Under the pieces are notes generated by a model. It was not told the DNA's origin. It saw nothing but the letters and a program-made list of their open reading frames with translations, and did no database searches. A stretch of 64,000 nucleotides of DNA from an uncultured Faecalibacterium sp. (lineage in GTDB: Bacteria; Bacillota; Clostridia; Christensenellales; CAG-917): the NCBI GenBank assembly GCA_964495385.1, contig CAZBVO010000007.1, forward strand, positions 5,171-69,170. The letters run 5' to 3'. This document shows, in pieces, positions 37,529 to 45,398 of the stretch (positions are counted from its first letter, which is position 1; each line of letters starts with the position of its first letter). The position numbers were made by a program, and so were the translations under genes.

Positions 37529-37622
37529 AGTTTAACACCTCAGTTTTACTTAACCAAATTATAACACACGTCAAACAACAATTACAACCTATTTTGATTT
37601 TTAATCAACAAAAAGCCAAATT

Positions 37623-37638
37623 TGTTTCATGTGAAACG
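37623..37638. promoter_or_regulatory. parS-like site (14/16 match)
   Basis: TGTTTCATGTGAAACG; the arms GTTTCA/TGAAAC are perfectly inverted. Confidence 0.55.
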
Positions 37639-37667
37639 ATAGCTTTTGACTATTATTAAATTTCCTA

Positions 37668-37683
37668 TGTTTCACGTTAAACA
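37668..37683. promoter_or_regulatory. parS-like site (15/16 match)
   Basis: TGTTTCACGTTAAACA; the single deviation is G11 to T. Confidence 0.65.
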
Positions 37684-37688
37684 TAAAC

Positions 37689-37697
37689 TTATCCACA
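37689..37697 (+). promoter_or_regulatory. Perfect DnaA box TTATCCACA
   Basis: Exact 9-mer, 5 nt after the 37668 parS-like site and 2 nt before the 37700 site. Confidence 0.6.
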
Positions 37698-37699
37698 AT

Positions 37700-37715
37700 T
37701 GTTTCACGTTGAACA
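37700..37715. promoter_or_regulatory. parS-like site (14/16 match)
   Basis: TGTTTCACGTTGAACA. Confidence 0.5.
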
Positions 37716-37720
37716 AAAAT

Positions 37721-37783
37721 GGCTGTTTTGGGCCATTTTGGCCCGTTTTTTGGGGTTTAAGTGGCATTTTTAGGGGTATTTTT
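37721..37783 (+). repeat. Six consecutive ~10.5 bp G-cluster/T-tract units
   Basis: ggctgttttg ggccattttg gcccgtttttt ggggtttaagt ggcattttta ggggtattttt. T-tracts start at 37726, 37736, 37746, 37756, 37767 and 37779. Confidence 0.7.
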
Positions 37784-37936
37784 GACGTGTTTCACACAGT
37801 TTCTCGTCATTACCCTATGCAAATTTGAAACGAAATTTTTGTGGATATTTCTTGGTTATTTTTCTTTGATTTGTGTTTATAAAAATTGTCTCGTTTTTGT
37901 GTACGTTTCTCTATTGTTTTATAGGAAAAATCAACG

Positions 37937-38074
37937 TTTTTCCTGATTTTCGGTATCTTAAACTTGCACTTTTTGACCGGTTTTTACTGATTTTTATTGT
38001 TTTTTATAACCTTTGGTAGGAATTTTCATTGTTTTTTATGGTTTTTTATTACGGTTTTTAACGGGGTTTATTTT
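37937..38074 (+). repeat. Helically phased T-tract array (predicted intrinsically curved DNA)
   Basis: T-tracts start at 37937, 37947, 37970, 37981, 37991, 38000, 38012, 38023, 38032, 38042, 38055 and 38067/71, with a mean spacing near 10.7 bp. Confidence 0.7.
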
Positions 38075-38569
38075 GATATTTATTGAGTTTGCGTTCGTTT
38101 GATTTAGTATCTGGTTTAAAATTAGGTAAAAATTATGGGGAATAGAAGAGTGTTTACGTCTTGTTTAAGGTTTTTTACGGAAAATACTTTACTTAGCCGT
38201 ATGTATTTGATTTTACATGTTTATTTGCATTTTGTTTGTCATACACGTTTTGTATTGTTTAAAACCGCACATCTAATCGCCATAGATTTTAAAAACGTGC
38301 ATCTGCATCATTGTAATTTAAGAATATACGTCTAGGCAGTCCAACCGTTAACCTATTTAAGTTTTAGTCGCGATTGGTTACAATAATACATTCGGACCAT
38401 TATAGATTCAAAATATACATTTGGATCGTGACCTTTTATAAAAACGGCATATTTAAATTTTGTCCAGTTTTAAAGTTACTTAATCTTTGATTAAGTAAAA
38501 TATAAAAATTTGCGCATTGTTTGTCATTTTTGGCACGAAAGAATGTCCCTATTTTTGAAAACATACATC

Positions 38570-38600
38570 AAAAAAGAACCGCCTGAGCGGTCCTTTTTTA
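38570..38600. terminator. Orphan bidirectional intrinsic terminator inside the gene-free region
   Basis: AAAAAA-GAACCGC-ctga-GCGGTCC-TTTTTT (one mismatch in the stem). It lies 270 nt beyond the luxS stop, and no ORF ends near it. Confidence 0.6.
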
Positions 38601-38870
38601 TTAAGTTTATTTGGAGTTTTGTTTTGGCTTGGTTTAAGTGTTGTTAGACACGGTTTGAGTATTCTTTTGTTTATTATGGTTTTACCTAAACATATTTTGC
38701 CAGGTAAAATTGTTTAAGTTATCCGAAAGCATTTTGGCCCAATCAAATACGGTTCGATATGATTTTAATTTGCTTCCGATTAGTTTTTCAATTGTCGAAA
38801 CCTGTTTAAAATGTTTCGGCGATTTTTGGTTTTAAAAACCGATTAAGATTTTTAAGATAACGGCCTAAAT

Positions 38871-39299
38871 TTACCTTATGACGTTGAGATATCCCTCGAT
38901 TTCTTTTTTGGCCAGCTCGAGATTGTGAAGTTTGTAGTTTCCGCATTCGTTTTCGCCGGCTCCAGGGACTTCGTCCAATTTCAAGCAGTCCTCAAAAGCT
39001 TTGACGGTGTATTGTTTTGCTTCTTCCTTATTTATTCCCAAAAGCAGCAAATAAAACCCTGTGCAGCATCCCATCGGCCCGAAGTAGACAACTTTATCTT
39101 TTATCGGGCTGTTTCTTATGACGGTTGCAAACAAATGCTCAATTGTGTGCATCGCCGCCACGTCCAAATAATCGCCTTTATTTGGCCATTTAAAACGTAA
39201 GTCGTACGTAAAAATACCGTTTGCAACGCCCGACAAATAAAAATCGGGACCGTGCACGCTGTGATCGATGGTAAAAGAGTGTATTTTTTCAAGTTCCAT
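38871..39299 (-). CDS. luxS: S-ribosylhomocysteine lyase LuxS
   Basis: 142 aa. Metal motif HTIEHL and GPMGCCTGFY. Confidence 0.9.
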   Translation of the reverse strand: MELEKIHSFTIDHSVHGPDFYLSGVANGIFTYDLRFKWPNKGDYLDVAAMHTIEHLFATVIRNSPIKDKVVYFGPMGCCTGFYLLLLGINKEEAKQYTVKAFEDCLKLDEVPGAGENECGNYKLHNLELAKKEIEGYLNVIR

Positions 39300-39301
39300 A
39301 A

Positions 39302-39982
39302 TTATTCTCCCAAAACGTCATTTATGATTTTTGCGCAAGCAACGGTACCCGCTTTGACGCTTGCCGGAAAATCGGTTATGCTTCCTTCGTCGGCATTGTC
39401 CGAAATAAGCTTTATCATCAAACATTCCTTTTGATTGCGAAGGGCAGTGAGCAAAATACCTGCCGATTCCATTTCACAGATGTCTGCGCCGAAGTCACCA
39501 ACCAGGATGCGGCGGATTTCATCCGATGCAACAAACTTGTTTCCGGATGCGGCAACAACCTGTTTCAAACCGAAGCGATTTGCCACGTTTTGGGCCAATT
39601 CGGCCGTGCAAACGAGGTTTCTGGAAGGGAATTCACAATACCTTCCGACCTCGACTCCGTCTAAGGCGGAAGTGTCCATTTCGTAGTGAACGACTTCTTT
39701 TACCACAACCAAATCGCCTTGCTTTAAATCGGCCCTAAGACTGCCGACAAAACCGAAATTTAAAATTAGATCGGCCCCGAAAACGTCTATTGTGTGTTGT
39801 GTTGCGGCAGCGGCTGCGATTTCACCGACGCCGCTGTTTAAAATATAAACTTCATTGTCGCCCTTTATAAACCTGTAAACGGGTTTTGAAAGAAATTCCG
39901 TCGCCGTTTCAAGTTCCCCAAACCCTCCGAGGGCGGTTGCCAGTTCTTTTTCCATAGCGACGATAATAGCGGTTTTTTTCAT
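39302..39982 (-). CDS. mtnN: 5'-methylthioadenosine/S-adenosylhomocysteine nucleosidase
   Basis: 226 aa. IIVAMEKE, SGVGEIAAAAAT and catalytic EMESAG. It is 2 nt from luxS. Confidence 0.85.
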   Translation of the reverse strand: MKKTAIIVAMEKELATALGGFGELETATEFLSKPVYRFIKGDNEVYILNSGVGEIAAAAATQHTIDVFGADLILNFGFVGSLRADLKQGDLVVVKEVVHYEMDTSALDGVEVGRYCEFPSRNLVCTAELAQNVANRFGLKQVVAASGNKFVASDEIRRILVGDFGADICEMESAGILLTALRNQKECLMIKLISDNADEGSITDFPASVKAGTVACAKIINDVLGE

Positions 39983-40168
39983 AAAAACGTTCCTTTAAGT
40001 GGTTTTATCCGCGCTTATCGCGGGTTTTCTACACGATTATAACACAATAAAACAAAAATTTCCACAACATTGCCAAAAAAACTATTGTTTTTTGTGCGTT
40101 TTGTATGTTATAATTCATAGTGGTGGTTGAGAACCGAATAATACTTTATATAAGGTTACACTAATAAG

Positions 40169-41590
40169 ATGAAACTTGACACTAAAAAAATAGTATATTG
40201 CTCGCTTGCTTTCGGCTGGATTTCGGTGTTTTGGCAAATTTGGGACACATCCATCCAAGTTATCAACGTAGGCGTAATGGGCCTGGGGACAACCATATCG
40301 GGGCTTATTTTGGCAATAGACAACATTATAGGCCTGTTTGTTCTGCCGCTTAGCGGTAAACTGTCCGACGGTTGCAAATCGAAATTCGGACGTAGAACGC
40401 CGTTTATCTTTTTAGGCACTACGGTGGCTCTTGTCGGCTTGGCGGGAGTTGCGATAGCCGCCGCAAAAAGCATTTTGTGGCTTTATATCGTTTTTATCGT
40501 AATCACACTGTTTGCGATGGCGTCTTACCGTTCGCCGGCACTTTCACTCGTGCCGGATCTTACGCCGGAGCCTCTTAGAAGCAAAGCAAATGCGATTTCA
40601 AACATCGTAAGTGCCATTTTCACCGGCGTTGCCATTTTGATTACGACGGTAGGCATAACAAAATCCGAAAACGGAATTGCAAACGTAAACTATTACATAG
40701 TTTTCGGCGGAGCGATAATTGTCAGCGTCATAACGGCAATAGTCTTCTTTAAAAAAGTAAACGAACCGAAATTGGTGGCCGATTTCGAGGCCGAAACCGA
40801 GGCTTATTTGAACGAAAACACCCTGGAGGAAGACACCTCGGAGCAGTCCGAAGCGGAAATTTTGTCGCAAGAAAGAGTCAAAAAACGCACAAAAGCGTTG
40901 ATTCTTCTTTGTGTTTTCTTCTTCTATATGGCCTACAACGCACTCGTATCAAACTTCACAAACTACGCTTCACTGGTATTAAAGCTGAGCGTTCCTGTTT
41001 TGCCACTGGTATTTTTGATGGCAGGCGGAATCGGCGGATTTATCCCGGCAACCAAATATGCCGCCAAAAAAGGCCGCAGACGCTCGATTTTGTTGGGATT
41101 TATAATTATGTCCGCCGCACTTGCAGTGGCCTCTGTCGACAGTATTTCGGCGGTTAGTAACGCACTTCCTAAATGGGTTGAAATAACTTTGATATGCACC
41201 GCTTTCACGGCCGCGGGGTTCGGTTACGGATTTGTTATGGTAAACATCTATCCGTTCTTCCTCGAGTACTCGACCAACAAGAGTTTGGGACAGGGAACGG
41301 GAATATTCGCAACGGCCATGACGCTGGCGCAGGTTATAACTCCGATTCTTGCAGGATTTTTGATTGAACGGTTCGGCCAAGGTTTCACTATCGGAAGTTT
41401 TGTTTGGTCTCCGCAACAATACGTCGACAACCAAGGCATATCGCACTACGGCGATTTCAGAATTTTGACACCTTACGCGGCACTGTTTTTGGTGTTTGCC
41501 CTTGTGTCGGCCGCACTTATTAAAGAGGAAAACCGAAAAATCAACGTTGCGGTAAAATCCGGACTTGAGATGTTTGACACTGACGTATGA
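40169..41590 (+). CDS. MFS-type (GPH-like) transporter
   Basis: 473 aa with 12 TM in two halves separated by an acidic loop. DGCKSKFGRRTPFIF resembles the GPH/MFS loop 2-3 motif. Confidence 0.7.
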   Translation: MKLDTKKIVYCSLAFGWISVFWQIWDTSIQVINVGVMGLGTTISGLILAIDNIIGLFVLPLSGKLSDGCKSKFGRRTPFIFLGTTVALVGLAGVAIAAAKSILWLYIVFIVITLFAMASYRSPALSLVPDLTPEPLRSKANAISNIVSAIFTGVAILITTVGITKSENGIANVNYYIVFGGAIIVSVITAIVFFKKVNEPKLVADFEAETEAYLNENTLEEDTSEQSEAEILSQERVKKRTKALILLCVFFFYMAYNALVSNFTNYASLVLKLSVPVLPLVFLMAGGIGGFIPATKYAAKKGRRRSILLGFIIMSAALAVASVDSISAVSNALPKWVEITLICTAFTAAGFGYGFVMVNIYPFFLEYSTNKSLGQGTGIFATAMTLAQVITPILAGFLIERFGQGFTIGSFVWSPQQYVDNQGISHYGDFRILTPYAALFLVFALVSAALIKEENRKINVAVKSGLEMFDTDV

Positions 41591-42291
41591 TGAAAAAAAT
41601 ATTGTCCGAAGGGGCACCTAAGCTTCAAATCGAGCTTTCCGACAAACAGATTGAAAAATTTGTTAAATACTACAATTTGGTGGTTGAATACAACAAAAAC
41701 GTCAACTTAACTGCCATTACGGATGAAACCGAATTTGCGATAAAGCATTTTTTGGACAGTATTTCAGCCGAAAAATATATCCCTAAAAATTCGTCCGTGG
41801 TGGACGTCGGAAGCGGAGCAGGGTTTCCGGCACTGCCGCTGAAATTGGTGCGAGACGACGTTTCGGTTACGATGATGGATGCACTAAATAAGCGAGTCGA
41901 GTTTTTGAAACTTGCAATAAAAGAACTTGACGTTTGGGACGTTAGTGCAATTCATATGCGTGCCGAAGATGCCGCAAAAGGCATTTTTCGCGAAAGTTTC
42001 GACGTGGCGGTGGCACGGGCCGTTTCGGAGCTGAGAGTGCTTGCGGAATATTGTTTACCGCTTGTAAAAATCGGCGGAATTATGATTGCGTACAAAAGCG
42101 TAAACTCCGACGAGGAAACGGATGCTGCGCAAAATGCCCTAAAAATTTTGGGCGGAAAAATAGAAAAAACGGTCGACCTGCAATTGCCTACAAGCGGTGA
42201 TATGCGCCGACTTATTATCATAAGAAAAGTATCGGCTACTCCCAAAAAATATCCGAGAGGACAGGGAAAAGAAAAAAAACAGCCGCTTTGA
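41587..42291 (+). CDS. rsmG: 16S rRNA (guanine527-N7)-methyltransferase RsmG (GidB)
   Basis: 234 aa. NLTAI, HFLDS and the SAM motif VVDVGSGAGFPALPL. Confidence 0.9.
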   Translation: MMKKILSEGAPKLQIELSDKQIEKFVKYYNLVVEYNKNVNLTAITDETEFAIKHFLDSISAEKYIPKNSSVVDVGSGAGFPALPLKLVRDDVSVTMMDALNKRVEFLKLAIKELDVWDVSAIHMRAEDAAKGIFRESFDVAVARAVSELRVLAEYCLPLVKIGGIMIAYKSVNSDEETDAAQNALKILGGKIEKTVDLQLPTSGDMRRLIIIRKVSATPKKYPRGQGKEKKQPL

Positions 42292-42328
42292 TTACAAAAG
42301 ATGACCTCTAAAAATCAGGGAGGCTTCT

Positions 42329-43093
42329 ATGTTGACTACGGCAATTGTAAATCAAAAAGGCGGCGTCGGGAAAACAACCGTCACCTCGGAACTCGGGACA
42401 CAACTTGCACTTTTAGGAAAAAGGGTGTTGTTGATTGACTTGGATCCGCAAGGCAACCTGACTTCGGGGTTCGGAATCGACAAAAACGGCGCAAAAACCT
42501 TTTATGACTTGGCGACGGAAAACCAAAACATAAACGACTATGTTTTAAACACACCCGTAACCGATCTTTTTATTTTGCCGTCAAACAGAAGCGTTCAAAA
42601 ACTCGAAACCGAGCTGTCGGATGATGCGGAAAAGGAATACGTATTAAAAAACCACCTTAAAAATTTGGAAGGTTTCGATTATGTTTTTTTAGATTGTCCG
42701 CCTGCATTGGGGCTATTGTCGGTGAGTGCGCTTACCGCTGCGGACAAAGTTATGGTTCCGTTGTTGGCCGAGTACTACGCTTTGGAAGGTTTGAGGGAAC
42801 TGTTAAAAACGGTTAAGCTGGTAAAAAAATACCTAAACCCGTCTCTTACGCTTGACGGATTGGTGTTTACCAAATTCGACAGCAGACTGTCACTGGACAA
42901 ATATATTCACGATTCGCTCAAAAATACATTCGGTTCGGCCGTGTATAAAGCACGAATCCCTAAAAACGTAACCCTTGCCGAAGCCACGGGGCGTGGTTTA
43001 CCGGCATCTATAATATTTAAAAACTGCAAAGGTTCCGAAGCTTACAAACTTCTTGCGGAGGAATTTTCAGAAAAACAGGAGGCACACAAATGA
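42329..43093 (+). CDS. parA: ParA/Soj chromosome partitioning ATPase
   Basis: 254 aa. Deviant Walker A NQKGGVGKTT and DLDPQGN. Confidence 0.9.
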   Translation: MLTTAIVNQKGGVGKTTVTSELGTQLALLGKRVLLIDLDPQGNLTSGFGIDKNGAKTFYDLATENQNINDYVLNTPVTDLFILPSNRSVQKLETELSDDAEKEYVLKNHLKNLEGFDYVFLDCPPALGLLSVSALTAADKVMVPLLAEYYALEGLRELLKTVKLVKKYLNPSLTLDGLVFTKFDSRLSLDKYIHDSLKNTFGSAVYKARIPKNVTLAEATGRGLPASIIFKNCKGSEAYKLLAEEFSEKQEAHK

Positions 43094-44001
43094 TTGCAAA
43101 CAACAAAGGCTTAGGCAGAGGACTCGATGCTATTTTAAGCGACTTCAAAGAAGAAGACATCATCAAGGAAGAACAGCAGAAAAAGAACAGTTCCACCTTT
43201 GAAATCGACATTTCTCTCATCGACACCAACCCTAACCAGCCAAGAAAATCTTTTGACAATATTCAGCTGAGAGAACTTGCCGAAAGCATCAAAAACTTCG
43301 GCGTTCTGCAACCGATTTTGCTTTTGAAACAGGAAAACGGTAGGTACATAATCATTGCCGGCGAAAGAAGATACCGCGCGGCAAGACTTGCGGGCCTGCA
43401 AACCATGCCTGCAATCGTCAGGGAACTTACCAAACAACAAGTTGCCGAAATCAGCCTTATCGAAAACCTGCAACGTGAGGACCTCAACCCTATCGAAGAA
43501 GCTTTGGGACTTAAAGCACTTATCGACAACTTCGGCCTCTCGCAGGAGCAGCTTTCCAAGCGTATAGGTAAGAGCAGACCGAACATCACCAACACTTTAA
43601 GGTTGTTGCAACTTCAACCGGAAGTCATCGAAATGGTTAAGGACAAACGTCTGTCTGCCGGTCACGCAAGGGCTCTCATTCCGGTAACCGAGCCTGAAAT
43701 TCAAATTCAGATGGCCAACCGCGCATGCGACGGGAAAAAGTCTGTGCGTGAAATCGAAATGGACGTCAAGCTGTACTTTAACCGTAAAAACATCGAAAGA
43801 GGACCGAGAGAAAAAGAGGTTCAGTCTCGCGAACTGAAAGCGTTTGTCGGCGACCTTAAACGAGTTTTCGGCACAAGAGTACGCATTAAAGGTTCGGATG
43901 AAAAAGGCCGCATCGTTATCGACTATTTCACCGCCGACGACCTGCAACGTATTTACGAAATGATAGACTTTTTGAAAGCAAATTTGGGTGCTAAAAAATA
44001 A
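43090..44001 (+). CDS. parB: ParB/Spo0J partition protein
   Basis: 303 aa. ParB box I/II with the CTP-binding GERRYRAA motif, HTH segment LSQEQLSKRIGKSRPNITNTLRLL. It overlaps parA by 4 nt. Confidence 0.9.
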   Translation: MIANNKGLGRGLDAILSDFKEEDIIKEEQQKKNSSTFEIDISLIDTNPNQPRKSFDNIQLRELAESIKNFGVLQPILLLKQENGRYIIIAGERRYRAARLAGLQTMPAIVRELTKQQVAEISLIENLQREDLNPIEEALGLKALIDNFGLSQEQLSKRIGKSRPNITNTLRLLQLQPEVIEMVKDKRLSAGHARALIPVTEPEIQIQMANRACDGKKSVREIEMDVKLYFNRKNIERGPREKEVQSRELKAFVGDLKRVFGTRVRIKGSDEKGRIVIDYFTADDLQRIYEMIDFLKANLGAKK

Positions 44002-44016
44002 ATGAAAATACAAAAA

Positions 44017-44040
44017 AAGACGGCGCTTGCCGTCTTTTTT
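44017..44040. terminator. Bidirectional terminator (parB / dnaN)
   Basis: AGACGGC (44018-24) / GCCGTCT (44029-35) with A-run and T-run flanks. Confidence 0.8.
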
Positions 44041-44090
44041 ATTTCAAATTTAAGGTTTTAATGCGTTGTTTTGACAACTTAAAGTATCGA

Positions 44091-45194
44091 TTAGCCTTGA
44101 ATACGAATTGGAAGTATAAGATAGAGGTACTCTTCTTCCGCGGTTGGAACGATGATGCCCGGGGCGGTTGAGTTGTTGAATTTCATCTTCACAAAACTGT
44201 CGGAAACGGCACGCAAACTGTCGATGATATATTTTGCGTTGAAACCGATTGTAAGGTCTTTTCCGATAAGATTTATGGCGATGTTTTCGTTGTTGCCGCT
44301 CTCTTCCGACTGAGCGTTGATATTCAAAACGTTTTCTCTTACGTCAAGTTTGACGATCGATTTTTTGTCAGCTTTGGTTATGAGGCTGCAACGGTCCAAA
44401 CTCTTTTCGAGGTTTTTCTTTTCAACCGTGATTTCGGTTGTGAAAGAGGAAGGGATAATTTTGTTGTAGTTTATAAATTCGCTGTCGATAAGGCGAGTAA
44501 CCACTTTGGTGTTGTCGATTTGCACCATAAGGTGATTGCGCTCGATGTTCACTTTTACGAGGTCGTCGACGTCGTCCAAAAGTTTTGCGATTTCGCCGAG
44601 GCTTCTTGCAGGGACCACTACTTTTTTGCTTTCGCCGCCGTATTCCACAACTTTTTTGGCAAGTGCCATTCTGTAGCCGTCCGAAGCGACCGCAGTGATA
44701 AGATTCTCCTTAAGTTCCAAGCAGCAGCCTTTCAAAACAGGACGAGTGTCTTCGGTTGCGGCGCAGAAAATAACCTTTCCGATAAGGTCCTTAAGTTCCT
44801 TTTGGCTGATGTTGAAAGTGAAAAGCTCGTCAACGTTTTTGAACGGAGGATATTCGTCCGCCGCCATGCAGTTTACACGACCTTCGCCGTCAGGGTAGTT
44901 GATTTTGAGGTAATCTTCGTTGGTGGCGTCAAGTTCTATCGCTTCGTCTTTCACCTTGTTGACGTAGTCGATAAAAAACTTTCCGTTTACAACCACTTCG
45001 CCGTCGATTTTAACCGATGCGCTGATTTTCTTTTCGATGGAAAGTTCCAAATCGGTTGCCGTTACGGTGAGGGTTTCTCCTTCGGCTTTAAGTTTTATTC
45101 CTTCAAGTATCGATAACGATTTTTTAATAGGCATTGCTTTGCCGGCTTTACTTACCGCATCGGCCAATTCGATGCCGTCTACAAAAACTTTCAT
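44091..45194 (-). CDS. dnaN: DNA polymerase III beta sliding clamp
   Basis: 367 aa, three-domain clamp, N-terminus MKVFVDGIELADAVSKAGKAMPIKKSLSILEGIKL, C-terminus LILPIRI. Confidence 0.95.
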   Translation of the reverse strand: MKVFVDGIELADAVSKAGKAMPIKKSLSILEGIKLKAEGETLTVTATDLELSIEKKISASVKIDGEVVVNGKFFIDYVNKVKDEAIELDATNEDYLKINYPDGEGRVNCMAADEYPPFKNVDELFTFNISQKELKDLIGKVIFCAATEDTRPVLKGCCLELKENLITAVASDGYRMALAKKVVEYGGESKKVVVPARSLGEIAKLLDDVDDLVKVNIERNHLMVQIDNTKVVTRLIDSEFINYNKIIPSSFTTEITVEKKNLEKSLDRCSLITKADKKSIVKLDVRENVLNINAQSEESGNNENIAINLIGKDLTIGFNAKYIIDSLRAVSDSFVKMKFNNSTAPGIIVPTAEEEYLYLILPIRIQG

Positions 45195-45398
45195 ACTTTT
45201 CTCCTATTTATAGTTGTTATTATTAACTTTGATTATAATTATTATAATAATGTCGGTACATAAGTTGATAACCCTAAAAAACCGCAATATATTGCATAGC
45301 AACTTACTGTTTGAAACAAAATGTTGTGGTTTAGAAGGTGGGTAACGTTGTTGATAACTTTAAACCGTTATCCCCAACGTGCGACTTTTTCCACACAC
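45195..45398 (-). promoter_or_regulatory. oriC-like dnaA-dnaN intergenic region: DnaA-box cluster plus AT-rich unwinding candidate
   Basis: Three one-mismatch DnaA boxes lie within 47 bp: TTTTCCACA 45387-95, TTATCCCCA 45368-76 and TGTTGATAA 45349-57. A weaker AGTTGATAA is at 45263-71. An almost pure A/T run (about 45205-45255) sits next to the dnaN start. Confidence 0.6.

Noticed and set aside
37646-38335. Three 60-66 aa ORFs (37646..37828, 37761..37946, 38135..38335) in the gene-free block
   Set aside because: Their F/L/C/H-rich low-complexity translations come from T-rich DNA. They have no convincing RBS, and two overlap each other. I treat the block as non-coding.
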